Source: Actinomycetota bacterium (GTDB lineage Bacteria; Actinomycetota; Acidimicrobiia; Acidimicrobiales; Aldehydirespiratoraceae). Taken from it: DNA of 64,000 nucleotides. Below, in pieces: positions 1 to 8,141 of this stretch; within the stretch, counting starts at the first letter, position 1, and each line of letters opens with the position of its first letter. Under the pieces are notes generated by a model. It saw only the letters and a program-made list of their open reading frames with translations, was not told the DNA's origin and ran no database searches. A program made the position numbers and the translations under genes. The stretch spans positions 13,130 to 77,129 of the forward strand of contig JBCCYT010000001.1 of assembly GCA_039188975.1 (NCBI GenBank), written 5' to 3'.

Positions 1-167
1 CCGACTCGGTCTCGTTCCTGTCGATCGATGCATTGATGAAGGGCCTCGAAGCCGAGCAGGGCTACTGCAATGCGTGTTTCACGGGCGTGTACCCGTTCGA
101 GGAGGAACGCTTCGTCCAGCTCACGCTGAAGACGAAGGAACAGTTCGCCACCGTCTGGGGCGACTGA
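1..167 (+). CDS. purF: amidophosphoribosyltransferase, C-terminal fragment (5' end outside window)
   Basis: The frame starting at nt 3 reads DSVSFLSIDALMKGLEAEQGYCNACFTGVYPFEEERFVQLTLKTKEQFATVWGD*, a Cys-rich PurF-type tail. It lies directly upstream of purD. The stop TGA 165-167 shares its A with the purD ATG at 167. Confidence 0.75.
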   Translation, partial: DSVSFLSIDALMKGLEAEQGYCNACFTGVYPFEEERFVQLTLKTKEQFATVWGD

Positions 168-1453
168 TGGGCCACAAGGTCCTGGTCGTCGGAGGCGGCG
201 GCCGAGAGCACGCCCTGGTGTGGGGTCTGCTGCGCTCGCCGCAGGTCGACGAGGTGTTCGCCGCGCCGGGCAACCCCGGTATGGCCGCCGAGGAAGGGTG
301 CCATGTCGTGCCCGAGACCGTGGCCAATGATCTCGACGGCATCGTGGCGCTCGCCCAGCTCGAAGCGGTGTCGCTCGTGGTCGTCGGCCCCGAGGATCCG
401 CTCGTTGCAGGCGTGGTCGATCGCCTCGCGGAGGTGGGAATCGCTGCGTTCGGCCCATCCGAAGCAGCGGCGCAGCTCGAAGGCTCAAAGGCGCACTGCA
501 AGGAGTTCTTGCTCGCCCACGACATTCCGACCGGCGCCGCCGCTACCTTCACCGATGCCGATGAGGCGATCGCCTACCTCGACGGGCTCGATGCGGTTCC
601 GGTTGTGAAGGCCGATGGCCTCGCCGCCGGCAAGGGCGTCATCGTCGCCGAGAGTCGCGAAGAAGCCGCCGCCGCCATCCGTGACATCCTTGTCGATCGC
701 CGCTTCGGCGACGCAGGCAACGAGGTCCTGCTGGAAGAGCGGCTGACCGGGCCCGAGGTATCGGTGCTCGCGTTCTGCGACGGCACCGATTACGTCTTGA
801 TGCCGGCCGCCCAAGACCACAAGCGACTCCTCGTCGGTGACGTTGGCCCCAACACCGGCGGCATGGGCGCGTTTCACCCGTCGCCGATCGCTGACACCGC
901 GCTCCTCGCCGAGGTCGCGAGCACCGTGATCGAACCGACCCTCGCCGGAATGGCCGCTGAAGGCCGCCCCTACAAGGGTGTGCTCTACGCCGGGATGATG
1001 CTCACCGAGGCCGGTCCCAAAGTGATCGAGTTCAACTGCCGTTTCGGCGATCCGGAGTGCCAGGTCGTGATTCCGCTGATGGAGAGTGATCTCTACGCCA
1101 CGCTTCAGGCATGCGTCGAGGGCCGTCTCGCGGCGACTGACGTCCAATGGGCCGACCAGGCCGCGGTCACGGTGGTGCTGGCCTCGGGCGGCTACCCCGT
1201 GTCGAGCGCGCCACCCGCACCGATCGAGGGACTCGACACGGTGCCCGACGACTGTGTCGTCTTTCATGCCGGCACCAAGCTCATCGACGGCGTGGTGCAG
1301 GTCAGCGGTGGTCGAGTCCTTGCGGTGACCTCGGTGAAGCCGACCCTCGCCGAAGCTGCCGAGGCCGCGCACGCCGGCGTCGCCGCCATCGACTTCGACG
1401 GTGCGCAACATCGCACCGACATCGCCCGGGCGACCGCCGAGGTACGTGCATGA
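167..1453 (+). CDS. purD: phosphoribosylamine-glycine ligase (GAR synthetase)
   Basis: ORF 74-1453. The family-consistent start is MGHKVLVVGGGGREHALVW at ATG 167. ATP-grasp motifs PVVKADGLAAGKGV, IEFNCRFGDPE and GGRVLAVT are present. Confidence 0.95.
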   Translation: MGHKVLVVGGGGREHALVWGLLRSPQVDEVFAAPGNPGMAAEEGCHVVPETVANDLDGIVALAQLEAVSLVVVGPEDPLVAGVVDRLAEVGIAAFGPSEAAAQLEGSKAHCKEFLLAHDIPTGAAATFTDADEAIAYLDGLDAVPVVKADGLAAGKGVIVAESREEAAAAIRDILVDRRFGDAGNEVLLEERLTGPEVSVLAFCDGTDYVLMPAAQDHKRLLVGDVGPNTGGMGAFHPSPIADTALLAEVASTVIEPTLAGMAAEGRPYKGVLYAGMMLTEAGPKVIEFNCRFGDPECQVVIPLMESDLYATLQACVEGRLAATDVQWADQAAVTVVLASGGYPVSSAPPAPIEGLDTVPDDCVVFHAGTKLIDGVVQVSGGRVLAVTSVKPTLAEAAEAAHAGVAAIDFDGAQHRTDIARATAEVRA

Positions 1454-2451
1454 CCAACTACGCCGACGCCGGTGTCGACATCGACGCCGGTAACCGCGCC
1501 GTGTCGCTGATGGGCGACGCCGTCCGTTCTACGAATACCCCGGCGGTGCTCTCCGAGCTCGGCGCCTTCGGCGGTCTCTTCTCGACCGACGGACTCGGTG
1601 ACGGCTCCGTGTTGGTTGCCTCCACCGACGGGGTGGGGACCAAGGTCGAGCTCGCCGCCCGCTACGGCGGTTGGAACGGCGTGGGGCGTGACCTCGTCAA
1701 CCACTGTGTCGACGACATCCTCGTGCAGGGTGCGCGCCCGCTGTTCTTCCTCGACTACATCGCCACCGCGAAGCTCGTCCCCGAGATCGTGGCCGAGATC
1801 GTCACCGGTATGGCCGAGGCATGCAAAGCGGTCGGTTGTGCGCTTCTCGGCGGCGAGACCGCAGAGATGCCAGGTGTGTACACCGAGGGCTCGGTCGACA
1901 TCGCCGGGACCATCGTCGGCGCGGTGCACCGCGACGCCCTGTGGCCTCGCACCGATGCGATCAAACCGGGCGATGTCTTGCTCGGGATGGCGAGTGACAG
2001 TCCCCATACGAACGGCTACTCGCTGATCCGACTGCTGCTCGACCGTCACGGCGAGAACCCGCCTGACGAACTGGTCGAGTGGCTGCTCACACCGCACAAG
2101 AGCTACCTCGGCGCGGTCGACGAGCTTCGTGCCCTGGGGGTCGAACCCAAGGCGCTCGCGCACATCACCGGCGGCGGCTTCTTCGAGAACATCCCGCGGG
2201 TGCTCCCCGACGGCATCGGCGCCGAGATCGAGCTGGGAACCTGGGAGGTGCCGGCCGGCTTCCGGCATCTCGTCGAGTTGGGTGAGGTGCCCGACCGCGA
2301 GTCGTTTCGCACGTGGAACATGGGCGTGGGCCTGATCGTCGCAATCGACACAGACGACGCCGACGCTGCGGCTGCGGCCGGTCATCCGGTGATCGGCCGG
2401 CTGGTCGAGACCGACACTGGCGAGGTGGAGCTGGTCGGGGACTGGCGGTGA
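1450..2451 (+). CDS. purM: phosphoribosylformylglycinamidine cyclo-ligase (AIR synthetase)
   Basis: ORF 1147-2451. The real start is ATG 1450 (MTNYADAGVDIDAGN), overlapping the purD stop as ATGA. Motifs STDGVGTK, GGETAEMPG and HITGGG are present. Confidence 0.95.
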   Translation: MTNYADAGVDIDAGNRAVSLMGDAVRSTNTPAVLSELGAFGGLFSTDGLGDGSVLVASTDGVGTKVELAARYGGWNGVGRDLVNHCVDDILVQGARPLFFLDYIATAKLVPEIVAEIVTGMAEACKAVGCALLGGETAEMPGVYTEGSVDIAGTIVGAVHRDALWPRTDAIKPGDVLLGMASDSPHTNGYSLIRLLLDRHGENPPDELVEWLLTPHKSYLGAVDELRALGVEPKALAHITGGGFFENIPRVLPDGIGAEIELGTWEVPAGFRHLVELGEVPDRESFRTWNMGVGLIVAIDTDDADAAAAAGHPVIGRLVETDTGEVELVGDWR

Positions 2452-3062
2452 GTTCCCGGCTCGTCGTTTTGGCGACGGGATCGGGATCCAACCTCCAGGC
2501 CATCCTCGATGCCTGCGCCGACGGCACCCTCGATGCCGAGGTCGTGCTTGTGGTCGTGAACCGGCGCACGGCCTATGCCGCCGAGCGGGCCGAAGCCTGT
2601 GGGGTGCGAGCGCTCTATCGCCCGATGGGACCGTTCCGCGAGGCGTACCCGAACGATCCCCGTCGCGCCCGAGAGGCCTACGACGCGGCGCTCGCCGCCG
2701 AGGTTGCCGATGCTCGTCCCGACCTGATCGTGCAGGCCGGGTGGATGCACCTTTTCACGTCGGCCTTCCTCGACCGGTTCCCGGACATGGTCGTCAACCT
2801 GCATCCCGCGCTGCCCGGGGCGTTCCCCGGTGCCCATGCGATCGATGACGCATGGGCGGCGCACGAGGCCGATGGGCTTGACCACACCGGTGTGATGGTG
2901 CACCTCGTTCCCGATGAGGGGGTCGATGACGGACCCGTTCTTGCCTTCGAGCGGGTGCCGATCAAAGCCACCGATACCCGTGAGACGCTCGAAGCGCGCA
3001 TTCATGCGGTGGAGCACGAGTTGTTCGTAACCGCCATCGCCGACTACCTGAGGAACCGATGA
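2448..3062 (+). CDS. purN: phosphoribosylglycinamide formyltransferase
   Basis: ORF 2313-3062. GTG 2448 (VSSRLVVLATGSGSNLQAI) overlaps the purM stop (GTGA). Formyltransferase motifs NLHPALPGAFPG and HLVPDEGVDDGPV are present. Confidence 0.9.
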   Translation: MSSRLVVLATGSGSNLQAILDACADGTLDAEVVLVVVNRRTAYAAERAEACGVRALYRPMGPFREAYPNDPRRAREAYDAALAAEVADARPDLIVQAGWMHLFTSAFLDRFPDMVVNLHPALPGAFPGAHAIDDAWAAHEADGLDHTGVMVHLVPDEGVDDGPVLAFERVPIKATDTRETLEARIHAVEHELFVTAIADYLRNR

Positions 3063-3955
3063 CCGACGCTCCACCAACCGGCCGGGCCCTCTGGATCGCC
3101 GGCGCCCGTCCTCGCACGCTCCCCGCTGCGATCGTCCCGGTTGCCGTCGGGGCCGCCTGTGCTGTGGGGGAGGGGGTCGACGCCTGGTGGCGTGCGATCT
3201 TCGCCCTGATCGTCGCTCTTGCGCTGCAGGTCGGGGTCAACTACGCCAACGACTACAGCGATGGTGTGCGCGGCACCGACGACGAGCGACGGGTCGGTCC
3301 GCTGCGGCTCGTCGGATCTGGGCTCGTGCCCGCGGCATCGGTCAAGCGGGCTGCGCAGCTCTCGTTCGCCACCGCGGGTGTGTTCGGGGCCGTCTTGGCG
3401 TTCGTCGTCGGTCCCGAGTTGTTCATCGTCGGCGCTCTGTCGATCCTCGCCGGATGGACTTACACCGGTGGCCCGAAGCCCTACGGGTACCTGGGCCTCG
3501 GCGAGGTGTTCGTTTTCGTCTTCTTCGGCATCGTCGCCACCGTTGGCACCACCTATGTGCTGCTCGAAGAGGTCCAGACCCTCTCGGTCGTTGCCAGCGT
3601 CGCGGTCGGCTTGTGGGCGACCGCGCTGCTGGTGATCAACAACTTGCGTGACATCCCCGGCGACACCGACGCGGGCAAGAACACGCTTGCAGTGCGGATT
3701 GGCGACCGGGCAACCCGGGTCGTCTTTGCCGTGATGCACGTCGCGGCGCTGGGCTTCGCCCTGTGGGCCTCGTTTGGCTTCGCCCGTTGGGGTGGATTGA
3801 TGGTCGTCCTCGGCCTCGGTCAGATGATCCAAGCGGTCGTCGACGTCCAGAAGGGGGCGAAGGGACCGGAGCTCATCAAGGTCCTCGGTCTCACCGCGTC
3901 GGTCCAGCTGGTGTCGGGACTCGGTCTCGCCGTCGGTCTCGCGCTCACGGGCTGA
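3059..3955 (+). CDS. menA: 1,4-dihydroxy-2-naphthoate polyprenyltransferase (UbiA family)
   Basis: ORF 3059-3955. Polytopic membrane protein with the MenA-type Asp-rich motif VGVNYANDYSDGVRGTDD. ATG 3059 overlaps the purN TGA (ATGA), and GAGGAA lies just upstream. Confidence 0.85.
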   Translation: MTDAPPTGRALWIAGARPRTLPAAIVPVAVGAACAVGEGVDAWWRAIFALIVALALQVGVNYANDYSDGVRGTDDERRVGPLRLVGSGLVPAASVKRAAQLSFATAGVFGAVLAFVVGPELFIVGALSILAGWTYTGGPKPYGYLGLGEVFVFVFFGIVATVGTTYVLLEEVQTLSVVASVAVGLWATALLVINNLRDIPGDTDAGKNTLAVRIGDRATRVVFAVMHVAALGFALWASFGFARWGGLMVVLGLGQMIQAVVDVQKGAKGPELIKVLGLTASVQLVSGLGLAVGLALTG

Positions 3956-4007
3956 TGACCCCCTGATTCTTCGGGCCCGACCGAGGCCGGGAGGCTACGG
4001 TGGCGCG

Positions 4008-4835
4008 GTGCCGCAGTTCTCGGATCAGCTCGGTGCCCCCTTCGCAACCGGGCGCACCTCGAAGGTCTACGACTTTGGCCCGGGTGCCGTCGTCAAGGTC
4101 CCCGGTCCCGATGTTCCCGCGGCCTGGCCGGCCCAAGAAGCCCGCCATACCGATGCCGTGCGAGCCCTCGGCGCGCCTGCTCCGAGTGTCCTCGACCTGG
4201 TACAAATCGACGGTCGGGACGCCATCGTGTTCGAGCGGGTCGACGGGCCGTCGATGTGGGAGGTCCTGCGTGCGTCGCCTGACCGTGCGTCGGAGCTCGG
4301 TTCGGAACTGGGACGTATCCACCTCGCCATCCTTGGCGCGGGCGTTCCGCTCGGGGTCGGCGGTCTCGTCGACCGGATCGCTCTCAACCTCGAACAGGTC
4401 ACCCATTTCGACGACGTCGAGCGGTCGCAGTCGTTTGCATGTCTGGCGTCCTTGCCTCGAGGCGCTGCGCTCTTGCATGGCGATCTCCACCCGGGGAACG
4501 TCCTGATGAGCACTCGGGGTCCGGTCGTCATCGACTGGTTCGACGCTGCGGTCGGGCATCCCGTTGCTGACGTGATGCGGTCCTCGCTCCTCCTTCGCCC
4601 GTTCGACCGTGGTGCCGAGCGGCCCCACACCCCTGGTGGATCGGTCGAGATGCTGACGGCGTTGCACGGTGCCTACCTCGCGGCAATGGAGCCGATTGTC
4701 GGTGTTGCCGACACCTCGCTGGCGACATGGGAAGCCGTCGTCGCCGCCAGTCGACTCGCAGAGGGAGCCGAGGTCGACGAGCAGCCGCTGCTGGCGATCT
4801 GGCGGCACCGGCCCATGCCTGCGACGATTGGCTAA
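4008..4835 (+). CDS. phosphotransferase (APH/choline-kinase-like) family protein
   Basis: ORF 4008-4835 (GTG start). Kinase catalytic loop LLHGDLHPGNVLM followed by VIDWFDA. The substrate is not inferable. Confidence 0.7.
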   Translation: MPQFSDQLGAPFATGRTSKVYDFGPGAVVKVPGPDVPAAWPAQEARHTDAVRALGAPAPSVLDLVQIDGRDAIVFERVDGPSMWEVLRASPDRASELGSELGRIHLAILGAGVPLGVGGLVDRIALNLEQVTHFDDVERSQSFACLASLPRGAALLHGDLHPGNVLMSTRGPVVIDWFDAAVGHPVADVMRSSLLLRPFDRGAERPHTPGGSVEMLTALHGAYLAAMEPIVGVADTSLATWEAVVAASRLAEGAEVDEQPLLAIWRHRPMPATIG

Positions 4836-5644
4836 TCGGCGAGAACGGCTCGCAACGCTGCTTCGAGTCGAGGCGCCGTGGCGAGCGTGATGTCGTCGCG
4901 GGTCGCCGGGAGCGAGACGATTGCGCCTGCCTCCTGGGCGATGACGACGCCTGCCGCATAGTCGTAGATCTTGAGATCTCGCTCGAAGAACGCGTCGAGA
5001 CGTCCCGCCCCGACCCAGCACAGGTTGAGCGCGGCTGATCCCATGCACCGGATGTCGCGAGCGGCGGGGAGCAGCCTCGTCAACACCACCGCTTGTTCGG
5101 CTCGAAGGTCAGCGTCGTAGGCAAAGCCCGTCCCGATCAACGCCTGGCCGAGTTCGCGGGCCGAGGACGCAACCATGGCCTGGCCGTTGCACCGGGCACC
5201 TGCACCAACGGCCGCACCGTAGACGTCACCACGATGAATGTCGGCTACGGCGCCCGCCACGATCTCCCCGTCGATCGTTGCCGCGATACTGACCGAAACG
5301 ACCGGGAGGTCATAGAGGAAGTTGACAGTGCCGTCGATGGGGTCGACGATCCAGCCGACATTGTTGGCGCCTTCGTCATCGCCGTATTCCTCGCCGACAA
5401 TCGTCGATCCCGGAGCCCGTTGAAGGAGCGCGTTGCGGATGTGTCGCTCCGACTCCTGATCGGTGTGGGTCACCACATCGGTCGGTGTGCTCTTCGTGGC
5501 AGCCGCAATGGCCTGGCCCTGCTGGGCCCGAACGAGTGCGGCAGCGCCGGCGGCAACTTCGGTTGCAACCAGTTCGAGGTGACGCGCTCGCTGAGCACTG
5601 GCGCTTGCGGGGTCAGCGCGTTCGGCGAGACGCGTGGGCGTCAT
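4832..5644 (-). CDS. inositol monophosphatase family protein (SuhB/ImpA/HisN-type, specificity unknown)
   Basis: ORF 4832-5797. The plausible start is ATG 5644 (MTPTRLAE), abutting the DeoR gene stop at 5646. Motifs IVGEEYG and WIVDPIDGTVNFLY are present. Confidence 0.8.
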   Translation of the reverse strand: MTPTRLAERADPASASAQRARHLELVATEVAAGAAALVRAQQGQAIAAATKSTPTDVVTHTDQESERHIRNALLQRAPGSTIVGEEYGDDEGANNVGWIVDPIDGTVNFLYDLPVVSVSIAATIDGEIVAGAVADIHRGDVYGAAVGAGARCNGQAMVASSARELGQALIGTGFAYDADLRAEQAVVLTRLLPAARDIRCMGSAALNLCWVGAGRLDAFFERDLKIYDYAAGVVIAQEAGAIVSLPATRDDITLATAPRLEAALRAVLAD

Positions 5645-5645
5645 C

Positions 5646-6443
5646 TCAGGCGACCAGCACCGCAGTGCCGAGCGCCTCGATTGCGTCGAGGGTGTCGCGC
5701 GGCACGTCGGTGTTGGTGACGAGCACGTCGACCTCGGACCACTCAGCGAAGCGGATGAAATGATCCTGGCCGAGCTTTGAATGGTCGACCAGCGCAACCA
5801 CTCGACGGGCCGCTCGCATCATCGCCTGCTTGAGGGCTGCCTCCTCGCGATACGGCGTCGTGAGGCCGGCCTCGGGAGACATCCCATCGGAGCTGATGAA
5901 CAAGGTGTCGACATTGAGCGGCTCGAGACTGGTCGCGGCTTGTGCATCGACCATTGCCAAGGTGTTCTTGCGCACGGTTCCGCCGATCACCACGAGTTCG
6001 AGATGCTCGTACTCGGCGAGGACCTGCGCCGTCGGCAGCGAGTTGGTCACGACCGTGAGTGAACACGAACCCGGGAGTGCCTCTGCAAATCGAGTCAGGG
6101 TCGAGCCCGAGTCGATGATGACGGTCCCGTGTTCGGGCAGCTCATTGACGGCCACGTTCGCCAGCCGGCGCTTCTCGGCGTCGTGTTGATCGTCGCGTAC
6201 GGAGAGCAGCGGTTCGAAGTCGTCGGTCTCCCAGGGGATCGCACCCCCGTGGACTCGGCGCACGATCTGCTGCGCCTGGAGGTCGGAGAGATCGCGTCGA
6301 ATCGTCTCGGTGGTGACGCCGAAGCGGTCCGCGAGTTCGGCCACCTCGACTCTGCCCGATGCGAGTGTGGTCGCGGCGATCTCCCGCTGGCGCTCGGTCT
6401 GAAACAGCGCTGGCGGTGCTGGGTCAGCGAGGTGGTCGGCCAT
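5646..6443 (-). CDS. DeoR family transcriptional regulator
   Basis: ORF 5646-6602. Start at ATG 6443 (MADHLADP). N-terminal wHTH RVEVAELADRFGVTTETIRRDL plus a DeoR C-terminal sugar-phosphate-binding domain. It overlaps the upstream dehydrogenase gene by 20 nt. Confidence 0.85.
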   Translation of the reverse strand: MADHLADPAPPALFQTERQREIAATTLASGRVEVAELADRFGVTTETIRRDLSDLQAQQIVRRVHGGAIPWETDDFEPLLSVRDDQHDAEKRRLANVAVNELPEHGTVIIDSGSTLTRFAEALPGSCSLTVVTNSLPTAQVLAEYEHLELVVIGGTVRKNTLAMVDAQAATSLEPLNVDTLFISSDGMSPEAGLTTPYREEAALKQAMMRAARRVVALVDHSKLGQDHFIRFAEWSEVDVLVTNTDVPRDTLDAIEALGTAVLVA

Positions 6444-7908
6444 CGAGATGTGATCCTTCCGCGAGGACGGCAGCGATGGCCGAGCGTACTCCCTGCTCTC
6501 GGAGGTGGCGGACCGCATCGACGAACGCCCCTGCGAACCGATCGGCGCCGGCCAGATCGTCTCCGAAGACCGTCGTGAAGGCCAAGAACTGGCGGGGATC
6601 ATCGAGCGAAGCGTTGGCGAAACGCTGCGCCTCGTCGAGATGGGCGTCTGGAGCGAGGCCGTCCCGTGGGCCGCTCAGATACACACACCAGGCGGCGAGG
6701 GCCAGAGCGCTGAGCCGAATCGGGCCTCCGGCCACGAGCTGAGCCCGAACCGTCGGCAAAAGGAACTTCGGGAACTTCGAACTTCCATCGAGACAGAGTC
6801 GGCTGATCTGGTCGCCGATGCTCGGGTTCGAGAAGCGTTCGAGCAAGCTGTCGATGTAGTCGTCGACCGAGATCCCGGTGATCGGAGGGAGGACCGGTTG
6901 CGCTTCTTCGGTGAGGAACACCTCGAGGAACGATCGTAGGTGTGCGGCGCCGAGCGCCCGGTCGACCGTTTCGAGACCGTCGAGGGCGGCGAGATAGGCG
7001 AGACACGAGTGGCCAGCGTTGAGGAGCCGCAACTTCATCACCTCATAGGGTTCGACGTCGGAGGTGGTGAGGACATCGAGCCGTTCCAACGGCATGCGGC
7101 TGCTGGCGAAGGCGTCTTCGACGACCCACTGACGGAAGGGCTCAGTGGCCACCGGCCATCGATCGAGGACGCCGCACTCCGCCGCGAGCCAGCTGCGATC
7201 GTGGTCGGTGGTGGCCGGTGTGATCCGGTCGACCATGCTGTTCGGGAACGTGACCTCATGCTCGATCCACTGGGCCAGGCGGGGGTCGTAGCGCTCGGCC
7301 ACGCCGAGTGCGGCGGTGCGGGCAACGCGCCCGTTCCCGATGACGTTGTCGCAGCTCAAGACGGTGATCCCCGACGCCCCGATTCGGCGCCGTCGGTCGA
7401 GACCGGCGACCAAGAGTCCGAACGCCGACCGGTCGTCGGCATTGGCCGATGTGGCGATGAAGGCACCGGTGAGGTCATCGACGGGATAGCCGCCCTCGGT
7501 CACCGTCAACGACACCACCGAGGTGGTTGGCGCAGCGATGGCGTCGACGAGTTGCTGTGGATCAGGTACCGCGTGGACATAGTCGATGATGCTGCCGATG
7601 ATGCGGGCGTCGACCTCGCTCGGCCCGCGGGTGATGAGGGTGTAGAGATGGTCCTGGTCATGGAGGACCCGAGCCATGTGCGCGTCGCTCGGCAGCACGC
7701 CAGCGCCGGTGATCGCCCAGGTGGTCTCTCCCTGTGCGCAGAGTTCATCGGCGTAGGTTGCGAGATGGGCGCGGTGGAACCCCCCGACACCGAGGTGCAC
7801 GATCCCCGCCGTGAGGGCGTGGCGGTCGTACCGAGGGATCGCCAAGGCCGGAGAGAGCGAACCGAGCGTCGATGACGACAACGGAACGGGTGTGGGTGAA
7901 TCGGGCAC
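6424..7908 (-). CDS. mannitol dehydrogenase family oxidoreductase (mannitol/sorbitol/mannonate-type polyol dehydrogenase)
   Basis: ORF 6424-7908 (GTG start). Rossmann motif GIVHLGVGGFHRAHLA and C-terminal family motif MKLRLLNAGHSCLAYL. Confidence 0.85.
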   Translation of the reverse strand: MPDSPTPVPLSSSTLGSLSPALAIPRYDRHALTAGIVHLGVGGFHRAHLATYADELCAQGETTWAITGAGVLPSDAHMARVLHDQDHLYTLITRGPSEVDARIIGSIIDYVHAVPDPQQLVDAIAAPTTSVVSLTVTEGGYPVDDLTGAFIATSANADDRSAFGLLVAGLDRRRRIGASGITVLSCDNVIGNGRVARTAALGVAERYDPRLAQWIEHEVTFPNSMVDRITPATTDHDRSWLAAECGVLDRWPVATEPFRQWVVEDAFASSRMPLERLDVLTTSDVEPYEVMKLRLLNAGHSCLAYLAALDGLETVDRALGAAHLRSFLEVFLTEEAQPVLPPITGISVDDYIDSLLERFSNPSIGDQISRLCLDGSSKFPKFLLPTVRAQLVAGGPIRLSALALAAWCVYLSGPRDGLAPDAHLDEAQRFANASLDDPRQFLAFTTVFGDDLAGADRFAGAFVDAVRHLREQGVRSAIAAVLAEGSHLDGRPPR

Positions 7909-7931
7909 GGCGACGGACGCTATATCAACAT

Positions 7932-7957
7932 AAACACAGATTCAACCCTCTGTGTTT
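7932..7957. promoter_or_regulatory. perfect 9-bp inverted repeat AAACACAGA-N8-TCTGTGTTT in the divergent control region (candidate operator)
   Basis: Read directly: aaacacaga 7932-7940, spacer ttcaaccc, tctgtgttt 7949-7957. It lies in the only AT-rich stretch of this area, between the dehydrogenase/DeoR operon and the ABC importer operon. Confidence 0.4.
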
Positions 7958-8141
7958 CGACTATCTCACCCTAACCTGGCCGGAAGTCCCGAGTTTGGGC
8001 CCGAATGCTTGGATCCTCGTAACATAAAAACAACATAGAGCTTGACAAACCAACATGAAGCCAACTAGATCTTGACGCCAGCATCCATGGGGGGAGATGC
8101 CGTCTCTCCTCGTGCCCGTGCCAAAGACCCGGAGGAGATCC

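Noticed and set aside
74-166. N-terminal extensions offered by the ORF track. Examples: purD from 74, purM from 1147, purN from 2313, permease-2 from 9449, the SGNH gene from 49721, the oxidoreductase from 60453, ppc from 42454
   Set aside because: The extensions overlap the preceding gene in another frame and have non-genic composition. Conserved family N-termini begin at internal ATG/GTG codons, often forming ATGA/GTGA/TGATG overlaps with the upstream stop.
4832-5644. Calling the IMPase-family gene hisN (actinobacterial histidinol-phosphate phosphatase)
   Set aside because: The fold family fits, but SuhB, ImpA, CysQ and HisN cannot be told apart by eye. The gene is next to the polyol cluster, not the his genes. 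It is left as a family-level call.
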